NCBI GenBank assembly: GCA_051294905.1
Contig: CM119371.1
Span: 14,324,001 to 14,388,000 of the forward strand
Length of the DNA stretch: 64,000 bases
Reading direction: 5' to 3'
From: Botryllus schlosseri
Taxonomy: Eukaryota
In this document: one piece after another, positions 40,380-51,773 of the stretch
Layout: each line of letters begins with the position of its first letter
Position numbering within the stretch: position 1 is the first letter of the stretch
Notes under the pieces: generated by a model
What the model saw: only the letters and a program-made list of their open reading frames with translations
Told to the model about the DNA's origin: nothing
The model's database searches: none
Made by a program: the position numbers and the translations under genes

Positions 40380-41487
40380 TATGGCGAGGAAACGTAGTGG
40401 TACGTTCCATTATAGCTAAACACCAATGAATTGCGGGTTCGAGCGTGACACGTCGACTCCATAATTCCTACCGAAGTGTTGGCCGTTTATCTAGGCTCCT
40501 CCTCGCCATCTGATTCGCATAGCCATGTCTTAAAAAGCCTAGGAGTGGGCCGTGCTGTAAGTGGGCAGATGGTTGCCGATGCACCCGGCACTTGGTGAAT
40601 TCGGCCGCAAAAACTCGGCACTTGGTGAATTCGGCCCTCGGGAAATTTTGAAATGAAGTGTATTTACAGCTATTAATATGAATTATCAAACTAATAATAG
40701 TATTATCAAGTGATTCGTCAATCTTGTAAGGAGGTCAGGGCATCCGTAGATCGCGCAGTCACGGCGTGATTAGATCACGGATTGCGTAGCCACGGGAAAT
40801 AACACAGCGCTCATATACCGACCACGCGCGGTCTGCTTGGAATCGATGGCGTGAGTCACGGGCCTGTGTCGTGTAAGTTTTGAGAAGATGGATCTTGGCG
40901 TTGTATGTGAAATCAAAACTGTGGAACATCAAGCGGCGCTTCTTCGTTTATCGATCACGACAAGCCAGTGTTCCTCATCAACAAATGTTTCGCATGATCA
41001 CGTCAAAATAAATTATTTTTTGCCTTTGGAGAGACGATTCCACTCTGGGATTAGGGTGTCTCGATAACACGGTTGAAGGATCCCAAGATTACGAGATCTA
41101 CCACGAGCCACGACACGTTTAAATTTCCTTTTTGATACTGTTCATTCATACTAAATGCATTTCTAATGCGAAGGTGTTCTAGTGCCAATTCCTCCAAGGG
41201 CCGAGTTCACCAAGTGAAGAGCGTCGCGTTATTTCCCGCAATTACGCAATCTGTGATCTAATCACGCCGTGACTGTGTGATCTACGCATGCCCTGACCGC
41301 CGTACAACATTGACAACCACTCAAAGTGCCAAGTTCACCGGCAAACATTCCAGTAACCAATCATGGTGACCGGTACCGCTACGAGATCTACCACGGCCTA
41401 ATTCACCAAGTGCCGAGTTTGTGCGGCCGAATTCACTAAGTGCCGAGTTCACTGGTAATCGGGCAGATACGGAATAATAATAATAAG
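40380..41487 (+). mobile_element. Probable tRNA-derived SINE interrupted by a foldback element
   Basis: A-box-like CGTAGTGGTA (~40393), B-box-like GGGTTCGAG (~40435), body shared with ~23247-23350, and an (AAT)n tail at ~41474-41487. Confidence 0.45.
40571..41460. mobile_element. Foldback/MULE-like non-autonomous element
   Basis: Inverted ends with repeated CGGCACTTGGTGAATTCGGCC units; internal inverted repeat (~40720-40810 vs ~41220-41315); perfect direct repeat GGGCAGAT on both flanks. Confidence 0.75.
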
Positions 41488-42485
41488 AACCGGCCTGGTG
41501 TAAAATGACCAGTGTAGTCGAACCACCACCATGAACACCACAAACAAACAAATAAACATCTAACAAGGAAAAGAAATTACCTTTGCAGCCTTTGACAAAC
41601 ACAGTTACCATTGAAACCAGCAATTAAGGTCTTATTCGAAAGCAGAATAGCAACTGTTTTAGTGGACATATCAAATCAAATGTTGGAAAGTTCATGTAAA
41701 ATAGCCCAAAATATTATCTTACTGTGACCATATTCCATCAATATGGTCTGGCTAGCCAAATTCTCTGGGCCAACATAATCAAGCTGCGTTTGGTTTCAAC
41801 GATTATTAATCTTGTCACTGGATTCGAGGTATAATTGCACTCAAATATCAAATTTTGCTCCATTAATCAACATCAAGTTGAAAATGTCCATTCTTGCACC
41901 AACTTTTATACAATCATGAATCAGTGTTCTACAGGAATGTATCTATATGACTTATATACCTAGAAAATTCAAGCATAAATATTATGATATACCGTAGGTA
42001 TAGGTACCGGTAATTCAGATGTTTGAAGCGAATTATAGTGGTCTAATTTCACTAAATTAGAGCGAAATGCCAGCAATATAATTATAATCTAATTCGGAAA
42101 AACGGTTTAGCTCTAATTCTAACTTGGAAAAGCTGAAACTTTTCTATAGTTGTCTACACCTGTTTTGCAGAAAGTCAAACAGCTCTAGGCGTCATATACT
42201 ACAGGCAATTCGAAATACCCCATAAGCTATATGCTACTGCATATATACTTTTAACCCGCTACCTCAGTCAGTCACAATTCCTATATATTTACGGCATTTA
42301 CCATACAGAAAGAGCGAACTATGCCTGGCTGCGACCTGTTGCGCTTCAAATCTTTGTATGGCGCGATGACGTAAAATTTGAATCGCCGAAATATTCTAGA
42401 AGTCACGCATCGATAATCATATTCCTAAACGTACAACATATCACTTATTTAGTTATTCTCTGAATAAAACTATTAACCATACTCG

Positions 42486-44222
42486 TTGAACATGCGAGAT
42501 TACCGAAAGAGCGAATATATATACATTTCGAAAATGGAATCAATATTGCATGACAAAACCAAATTTATCTCGCTTGGTTCGGTTTCGGAATTTGATAATA
42601 CACCTAAAATTGAAAGACGACTGACCAACCGTTTGCTGACATTGAAGAAAAACGGTGTCCTAACGGCAGAAACATACAGCGCCATCAGACCGACGGGATC
42701 GCAAAGACCACGCATGTACGGACTGCCAAAAACTCACAAAGACAATGTCCCAGTGAGACCTATACTTTCGATGATCGGGTCTGCTCACCATCAGCTGGCA
42801 AAATGGCTTATTGACATTTTGGAACCGGTTCGGGAATTGTACGGCACGGAATGTGTTCGCGATTCGTTCACGTTCGCTGGTGAAATACGAAACCTGGATT
42901 TGCCGAATCCAGACGTGTTTCTGAGCTCATTTGATATCTCTAGTCTTTTTACGAACGTTCCGCTGCATGAGACTATTGATATTTGTGCCAACGCGCTGTA
43001 CGGTGGTAAGTTACCGCCACCATCAATCCCGCGTAACGTCTTTGTTGAACTTTTACAAGCGGCAACTTGCTGCGTGGAATTTAGCTTTAACGAGGTCATG
43101 TTTCGCCAAATAGACGGCTTAGCCATGGGAGGTCCCCTGGGACCTATTTTGGCCAACATTTTCGTAGGGTATTACGAGGGCGAGCTTCTGTCCCAGCGTG
43201 AGTCCGCCAAACCACTATTGTACCGCCGATACGTAGATGATACATTTGTCATTTTCAGGAATGAATCGGAGTGTGACCAATTTCTCATTCGCTTAAACTC
43301 GCTTCACCCGGCCTTGCAATTCACAATAGAAAAAGAACGCAATAACTCATTATCATTTCTGGACGTATTAGTTGAAAAGCGCAATACCAACAAATTTGAA
43401 ACGTCTGTTTTCAGAAAACCGACATTCACAGGCCAATACCTTCGCTGGAATTCATTTAGTCCTCGGCGCAGAAAAATTAACCTCATAGGCACACTCGTGC
43501 ATAGAGCGTTGATGATATGTTCGGGTAACAAACTGAGTTTAGAACTTGACTACATCCGAAAAATCTTACTTGATAACGGTTACCCTGAACACGTCATCAG
43601 CCGCGGCATGGAGAGGAAATTAACGCAATTCAACGCAGAAAAACGAACAGAGCCCACCGCACGAACAATAAAAGATGTTTATATCCATCTACCTTGGATT
43701 GGCCCCATTTCCACCCGCTTTGAAAAACAATTGATTTCTGCTGTCGGTAAATGTTACGATACAGTCAAAACCAATGTGATTTTTACAACAACACAACTGC
43801 TCCCTTCAACACGCAAAGACGTGCTTCCTGCACTTCAACAAAGTAATGTAGTGTACGAATATAGGTGCCACTGTGATTGTGGCTACGTGGGAAGAACGTC
43901 AAGACGTCTGCAGGACCGCATAAACCAACATGTCCCCAGATTTATCAGAACACGTGCGTCACGCGATGTGAAAAGCTCACCCTTAACTCATCCACTTAAG
44001 ATTGATGCTGATCGATCAAAGGCAATTAATTCTGCCATCGGCAAACATCTGTTGGATAATCCGATTTGTGCGAATAATTATCGAGACGACCGATTTCGAA
44101 TCGTAGGTCGAGGCCGTTCACAATTCCATTTGTGTGCCTTGGAATCAACTTTTATCAAAATACACCAACCAAAACTCTGTCAACAAAAGGAGTTCGTGTA
44201 TCACCTAAAAATAGTACATTGA
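42486..44222 (+). CDS. Penelope-like retroelement ORF: reverse transcriptase + GIY-YIG endonuclease (5'-truncated)
   Basis: YGLPKTHK, SFDISSLFTNVP, QIDGLAMGGPLGPILANIF and YRRYVDDTF (RT motifs), then VVYEYRCHCDCGYVGRTSRRLQDRINQH (GIY-YIG). Uninterrupted; the track start is TTG and the first ATG is at 42534, so the true N-terminus is probably missing. Confidence 0.95.
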   Translation: MNMRDYRKSEYIYISKMESILHDKTKFISLGSVSEFDNTPKIERRLTNRLLTLKKNGVLTAETYSAIRPTGSQRPRMYGLPKTHKDNVPVRPILSMIGSAHHQLAKWLIDILEPVRELYGTECVRDSFTFAGEIRNLDLPNPDVFLSSFDISSLFTNVPLHETIDICANALYGGKLPPPSIPRNVFVELLQAATCCVEFSFNEVMFRQIDGLAMGGPLGPILANIFVGYYEGELLSQRESAKPLLYRRYVDDTFVIFRNESECDQFLIRLNSLHPALQFTIEKERNNSLSFLDVLVEKRNTNKFETSVFRKPTFTGQYLRWNSFSPRRRKINLIGTLVHRALMICSGNKLSLELDYIRKILLDNGYPEHVISRGMERKLTQFNAEKRTEPTARTIKDVYIHLPWIGPISTRFEKQLISAVGKCYDTVKTNVIFTTTQLLPSTRKDVLPALQQSNVVYEYRCHCDCGYVGRTSRRLQDRINQHVPRFIRTRASRDVKSSPLTHPLKIDADRSKAINSAIGKHLLDNPICANNYRDDRFRIVGRGRSQFHLCALESTFIKIHQPKLCQQKEFVYHLKIVH

Positions 44223-44323
44223 ACGCTCTCTCATTCGAAATTTCATGCTGGTGACGTCATATTTTGTGATACGATTGTTGATATACAATGTTCTTTCCAA
44301 TTCTCTACTAGTTGCTGACGATT

Positions 44324-44357
44324 ACCCCTGACGAGTGTCAGCCGAAAATATTCGGGT
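44324..44357 (+). ncRNA. Minimal type I hammerhead ribozyme in the Penelope 3' terminal repeat
   Basis: ACCC-CTGACGA-GTGTCAGCC-GAAA-ATAT-TC-GGGT; predicted cleavage after C44353; stem II has one mismatch relative to the 8218-8251 copy. Confidence 0.8.
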
Positions 44358-45690
44358 TCATTTCAATATGAATATACTATTTAATTGTATATTGAAGTTC
44401 TGTACCTCCAAGAAGCTCTTCGAATATATATATATAATGAAGATCATATATATCAGAGGAAAACAAAACTATTCGACCTTAGTGCAGCAACACGAATATA
44501 CAACACCGGTGACATCCTCACGCAATAAAACGAAGGGAGAACATTGTTTTCTAATGGATAGAACGAAGCTACCGCATGAGATCGAACAAAACCGGATAGA
44601 ATTCATCGTGATTGAATGTACCGACAAAGTCATCCTTTCTACGTATTTTAGTCGTACCCGCGAGAGATAGAAAATTTGCATTATTAGGTTAACTACCGGA
44701 TATAACGAAGCCTAATGCATGAGATGGAACAACACCGAGTATGAATTTATTCTGATTGAATATAACCACAAGACCATCCTACTACGTATTTTAGACATTC
44801 CCTCGACACTTAGAAAATCAGAACCTAATCGAGATGATCCCGGATGATCCTTTTACGGTTTTGTGTTTGCTGGGTAGATATAATTTGAACCAACTGCAAT
44901 GGCATAACCTATGCTAATTCAGAGTAAACTGAAGACAGCAATCATATTACAGCGCATGCACGATTCAATATATAGAATCCGAAGTACGCTACTGAACTTT
45001 TAGCACCGTTTACGCGAATAACTATATACCGAATTGATCATTGTTGTGTTTTGATATCCATGGTTTTCGACAGCATTCGTCTTTTTACACTAGGTCGATA
45101 TTCGATATTACGATTCTGCTGACCTGTAGCACGGTCCACTTCCAGGCTGCTGTATTACACCTGAAGTATAACACTGGTCAATACATATTTTTAGGCAGAC
45201 AAAGTATGAGTGGTTTTGGGGAGTTCTGAAGGTATCTGATTTCGGATATGATCTTGATTTTTTCAAAATTGGCTCTTGTTCTGGAGATAACCCATTGAGC
45301 TATTTTGACCAAATCGCTCATTTTCGCTGTAATGACTAGATAGAAAATCGGCTCAATCGTACTATCAAGTTTCAAAATTCAATCTACTTGTCATTTTTAC
45401 ACACAGAACACTCTTTTAAATCATGATAGAAAAAATTATGATAGAATTTGATTATTTGCTATTTGGCACCACATATCAAGACACTTTTCTGAAATTCAAA
45501 ATTGTTTCTATTTGACTCCACCCCAGCGTTAAAGGTTACATTTCGCGTATAGTAACTTCCACTCCGTAAACTAGCAAGTGGAGTTTTAAAATCGTAGACT
45601 CTTTGAATTCAGGTAGCAGTTACATGAATATTAACAGTGATGTGTTGAACTTAAATGTCATTTTCTGCGCTTTTCTCGGATAATCACCAC

Positions 45691-46117
45691 TAGGGTTGCA
45701 TCTAAAACAAACGGTGTTTTAAAACACTTTGTTTGAAACATTTTTTAAACAAATGCCTTTTAAAAAAAAAATCGTTTTTTTTTCAAGTTGTAAAATTATG
45801 CCATAATTGTGTAAATTCCTTCCAAAAACCTGTTGTAAGAGCCTACCGACAATTACCACCAGATATAGCCGACGTATATCGATATGGGATGGTTGGAACC
45901 CTCAAAATATGTGGTACAACAGCAATAATACAGATACTTCGTTTAAGGAGCTATATTTACCCTATATTTTGAATTGTCAATGTCATTCGACTATCGCGTC
46001 ACAATTGAATGTTCGTGAAGTCATGGCTTAAAAAAACAATTTAAAACATGTTTCAAACAAATGCCTTGTTTTAAACATGTTTGTATTAAATTGATTTTTG
46101 TTTTAAATGCGACCCTA
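45691..46117. mobile_element. hAT MITE
   Basis: TAGGGTTGCAT / ATGCGACCCTA ends; TSD ATCACCAC/ATCATCAC; AAACA subterminal repeats. Confidence 0.78.
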
Positions 46118-47073
46118 ATCATCACGCAACATCTATTTGACATAAGCATCTTCATTCTAATTCGAAATATGATAGCTTAACTCGTAGCAATGTCACCCCC
46201 TGCCGGCCTCCAACACGAATTGTAACTTCATTAAATCTGCTAAAACAACGGACATTGGACACACTGATGTTGTCTAATGAAGCTAATGAGTATGATCCAC
46301 GCATCGGAAACGGACATGTGATCCGCAATTCCAAAACCTCTAATGATTCTGGCGATGTAAAATCGTATGGAAGAATTTAATCATGAATGGAGTAATTTCC
46401 ATTCTATACCATACCAGACCCTCTGTACTAAGCAACGATTTCCGGTAAATTTTCATAGCATTGACATCACGATCTTGGCGTGTATAGTAAGCCTGCTGTG
46501 ATGTTTTTACAATTTGAATGGTTCATGCGCAGGGTATTTTACAAGAAAACCGTGATGGCAGTTAACATCACAAGGGCTGTCCGCGATGCAAAGTTCTCAA
46601 GTAATAGCCATGCAGCTTACCGTAGCTATTTTGTGTCAAGAATATATATTATAAATGTCCGTTGGAATGCAGTCGTACGCTATTTATGTTATAGAAACGC
46701 GGCGGTGAATACCAAAAACGTTGAACATGCCTGGTATAGATAGACCTTTTAGTCGGCACGATAATAGTTTGGGCGAAATATTAGGATGTTACCTACCTGT
46801 AAACATTATTCGTGTACTGGGGTGTACAACCATCAGGTGACTCGACTCGATTCGCATTTTTCATGGTGACTCGACTTGACTCGAGCCAGTTTGTAAAATA
46901 CGAAATATGACTACACCCGACTCAAGTAAATGTGTGTATTGACGCGGCTTCTACTCGAGTTATTACGCATGACTCGACCAAGTCATTTGACTCGAGACTC
47001 GGACCGTCAAGACAGGCATTTCGTTGTAGCTTAGAAGAATAGTAAGCTTCCAACATTGTTATTTCGTCTATCA

Positions 47074-48908
47074 CAGTGGTTCTTAACCTTGCCTCCAGCG
47101 CCCCGCAAGGGGCGTTGGCGATTTTGTAGGGGGCGGAAACGCTCAGGGGGCGATATGGGGGCGCTGGAGAAAAATGGCTTCGCTGTAGATGATGTGGTAG
47201 TAGGGCATAATCCTTAATGAGTATTCAGAGCGAATTAACACCGAAAACTTCGTTATATACAGCCTACAAAAGACATATAGGTCTAATTGTTCATAGGCGC
47301 CTAAATGACTGGCACCGAATGTTCCTGTCTTGTCAACTGAACCTCAGAAGACGAATTCAATCTGGAAGGGAAAAATTATATGCACGTGACGAAATGCCAA
47401 TTTGAAATAGTGTGCGTCTTTTAGTTTAGTACGATTGGGCGACAGGAATACATAGAACTAGATATCCGTGTTGGGCAATAGCCCTGTTGGGCGATTTTAT
47501 ATTGTTTTGATATAGCAGACAGGAGGTCACGAAATACCATCATGCAACGAAGTCATACCAACGGGTCCGCCCGCTTGAATATGTTTAATTATTAGTTACG
47601 GACCCTACAGTTTCCATGACACCTCGCAATGTTCCCTCTGCGTTTTGACGAGTCTGCGCACACTCACCAACTTACTGCGCAGACCCTTGGACAACAGTGC
47701 GTAACGACTAAAAAAAGGTCAGAACTTCGGATTTGTTGTGCGCAACATAGATTTTCTGTGGACAGAGACCGTGTCGGCACCGGCACCGTGCGCAGCTTAG
47801 AGGGAACATTGCACCTCACTCAGCTCTACCGGTAAATTTGGTAACGTGAGCATAGAGGACAAGAAATTGATAGCAATATATACGCAATTGCCGATCTTAT
47901 TCACCGATTTTATCATGAATTATCGAAAATTTTCGCGCTTCGCACTGGCTCGCTGAACAGTAGGCCTACAGGTGATTTCATGGCAAAAGCGAAAAACGTG
48001 ATGGGGGGCGGTCGGTCTATCACCCAATGGGAGCCCAAGACCTAAGTTTTTTTCGGGGGGCCTGACGAAGTGTCGTTTCGTTCCTGCCAACGGGTATACG
48101 CCAGAATATGAATAATTATTAATGGAGGGGTCCTACCTTTCAATCACACATCACTCAGCTCTGCGTGAGCAGAGAGTGGATAAAAAGTGATATCAATATA
48201 TATGCAATTCCAGATCATATTGACCAATTCAATCAATAATTATTGAACTTTTTCGCGCTTCGTGCGTCTAGGCGAGAATAGCTGGCTCAGTAAATGGACA
48301 CCCAATGTAGATGACCAGTATCAGCAAATAAAGGATAGCCGAAGGGGGGTCTGGGAGCGAAGCCCCCGGCAGTTTGGTTTATCACCCTATGGGGGGCCCC
48401 AAGACCAACATTTTCAGGCGGGGGGCTGACGAAGTGCTGTTACGGCCCTGGGAACGAATTAATTGTACCTACGGGTACGCCCAAATATGTTCAATTATTA
48501 ATTATGTGCCCTTTATTTTCCAATACAACAGCTCACTCAGCGCTACTGGTAAATCTGATTACATGGGCTGAGAGGATTAAAAGTTTATTGCGACATATAT
48601 ATGTAATTACCACCTATTCATTCATGCATTAGAGAAAATGTTGGCACCAAGGGCGACCAGGCCACACAAACTTTGCTGTCCATCGAAATCAGGCTACGGG
48701 GTTCTTGGGGGCGAAGCCCTCAGAAGCTTGGTTTATCACGCTATGGGTGCGCAAGGCAATCGTTTTTAGAGGGTTGACGAAGTGCTGTTACGGCCGTCCC
48801 TCTTACTCATTGTCTTTGTTACATTCCTTAAAATATGAGGTTGGGGGGCGCTGGAGCACGATAATCTTCGAAAGGGGGCGGTGGAGGAAAAAAGGTTAAG
48901 AACCACTG
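47074..48908. mobile_element. hAT non-autonomous element with internal diverged tandem units
   Basis: TIR CAGTGGTTCTTAACC; perfect TSD GTCTATCA; a module TATCACCC..GGG..CCCAAGAC..CTGACGAAGTG recurs three times at ~360-bp spacing (~48020, 48380, 48735). Confidence 0.85.
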
Positions 48909-49787
48909 GTCTATCAGTACTGGCGTTTGTAAAATAGGGTGAGATACCGTGTGAAGTGAGGAAAGTTAGCATATTGTGAATACGATCCATTCAATATCAC
49001 CGAAAAAGAGTTTTAAAAAGTAAATGCAACCGGATTGAACTCGAAAATGAACGGTGAACACAATCACTTGGACTCGGACTCGAGTCGCAACACTGTGACT
49101 CAAACTACTGAACTGACTTGGACTCGGACTTTACTCGATGGTGAATTGAAAATGACTCGACTTGACTCGAGTCAAAACTATAAAAGTGAGATTGACTTGT
49201 GACTCGGAGCCTTGAGACTTGGTTACAACCCTGCTTCTCATTGCGGAGCTCTGGCTCCGTCTCTCTCCTATCTGCCACAGAACAATGCCATATCACATGA
49301 CTTATCGCTGATACATAACATAGTGCATATCGTATTATTGACTCAGGATACGAGACTCATGTACGCTGTACCACCTACTGCTTGAATTACTAACCATCCG
49401 TACAATATATCTGGAGAAAGCAATATTGTCGTCTATTGAACTACCAGTCAAGATCACATTCAGAACTAGAGCCCGACCGATATTGGATTTTTGAGCCGAT
49501 ACCGATGAAACCGATATCCAGTACCTTCACCGATAACCCCGATATATTCAGCCGATATTCAAAAGATATGGAATCTATCTCAAGGCGCATATTTGACACC
49601 TCAAGAGTATTTAATTGAACATGTTTACAGCCATTGCTATACTTAACATGAAATGAACGATCTGGGGGGCAATAAAAATATATCAGTAGCACCAGTCTGG
49701 CAGTTGCGGATTACAGTTCACGAAGCATAACTTCTCGGCGTTTTCTCCAGGGAGTGAACTTGTGTGGTATTCATGAATGATGTAGGC

Positions 49788-51002
49788 CAGAGGTCTCAAA
49801 CACGCGGCCCGCGGGCCGCATGTGGCCCGCCGGAGCATTTTGTGCGGCCCGCGAAGACATTTTCGATTTTTAATAATTTGAAAATATTTTAGTGTCACAT
49901 ATATCTTTTCAGGTTATAAAGTCAAAATCCCCTCTTAAATTGCCCCAAAAGCCTGAAACTATTCATCAAACTTCGCTATCACATCAGTTGCAGACGCTAC
50001 CATGCATTGGAAGATTTACTATTTCGCCACATTTCCAATTCATGATGACGAAACCTGACCCTTAGACGATTCGTGACTAAAATTTGTGAGTTGGATTTGG
50101 ACGCGACCTTTCTTAGAAATACTCAGACTCGGGCCAACTCGATGGCAAAATGAAAATGACTCGAGTGGACTTGGAGTGACGTGATCGGAATGACGTGAAT
50201 TTGTTAGAACCATGGACGCGACAAACTAATCGCGTATCGGGGGAATAGTAATAGATCGGAAGGTCGCAGCTTGGTATTTCGCTAACTAACCAAGTAGTTA
50301 TGGCAACCATTGGAAATCTGTCAGTTACATCTTTGGTCGCTAAACCATGTTATTAAGGCCACTTACAGGTACCGAGTACCGCAGTGGTACGCCCCAACGT
50401 TGGAACAACAATGGGCCGTTCGACGCTCCGACATTTCAATCACTAGGGCACATTCAATAATATATTTATATTATATTTATATTTGTTTCTTCTCCTCTAT
50501 TTGAAGATATTTGGCCATGAGATTAATAGCCTACTTAGCAGGAGTATACCCGAATCCTGGATTGGAATTACGATGCTAAACCTGAAAATGTTTTGATATC
50601 AGATCAGTCTCTATTATCAATCTGTTAAATTCAAAATATTCATAGTACCTGCAAAATTATAACCCGATAGCTTTTATGATGGCATCATACATTTGTCCGC
50701 CCATATGGTGTCTATATGTTATAATCAATATATATCAAGTACAACAACAATTCTATTCAAGTAGTTATAAATGTGATTATTCTTTTCTTGCCAGGCCTAA
50801 ATTTATACAAGAGTAAATCACATTTTGACGATGTGTGTTTACTGATAGTCTGCTGGATCGGCTAACTTTCAATAGGACAATTCATTCGCGCCAAATAAGG
50901 CCTACTTGGAAAGACATAGAATACCCCTATAAATGCGGCGGCCCGCGGCGTCATCAAAACGGGAAAACTGGCCCGCGAGCACATTTGAGTTTGAGACCTC
51001 TG
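49788..51002. mobile_element. hAT MITE (CAGAGGTCTCAAAC family), copy 1
   Basis: TIR CAGAGGTCTCAAAC; perfect TSD ATGTAGGC; GCGGCCCGCG subterminal repeats. Confidence 0.9.
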
Positions 51003-51773
51003 ATGTAGGCTATACAGTACTAAACACAGTGAACAGTCTTTCACTTGGTACCGTAGTTGGTATCACAGCAAGAACTGGGAATCTTTGTTTATTTTGGTTC
51101 CACGACTGCAGGGGATCTTTTCTTCATTGGTTCCACCAAATATTGATATCCTTTTGGCAGTACACCTGGACCCTTCAGAACATCATTAACAGTTGAAGAG
51201 AATGTTTAAAACAACTAAAATTGTTCACGTCCGCTCCACCCATGCCCTTGACTATGACCAGCATTTCAACAATCAGTTGATCAATCTCTTACACACTGTC
51301 AGAATTGACCCATGTCATTATGGAATCAAAAACATTCGTATGAATTGTTGGCTCTACTCCCTTTTTGCTTGATTTTCTTGCACTCTATGCCCGCATATTC
51401 CTTATCATGGAGGCCCCTCAGTCAGATGACTCCATACATTACTGCTCTTTTTCGCTTTGTTGGTACTGTACCGAGCCTTGGCTTGTGAGCTTCCTACACA
51501 GACACCAATAGCACTATCTACAGGTAAATGTTTACACGCGACCCTTTTCTCTGTCATCACGACGGTCAGTCCAGCTTGAATGAAGTTTTCATTTCTCAAA
51601 TGAATCGATTGAAATCTTCTACATACAACTTTCAATTCACTCGATGTCTGCTCCAGAGATGAGCGGATTTAAAATTTCTATGTCCTAATCCAGAGGTCTC
51701 AAACTCAAACGTGCTCGCGGGCCAATTTCCTAATTTTTGATGACGCCGCGGGCCGCAGCATCAATAATAGGAG

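Larger units (their letters stand above)
37301..44874. mobile_element. Large CCC-ended, TA-flanked element (EnSpm/CACTA-like?) carrying several nested insertions
   Basis: Perfect 13-bp TIR CCCAGCAAACACA / TGTGTTTGCTGGG with TA on both sides; no intact transposase seen. Confidence 0.55.
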
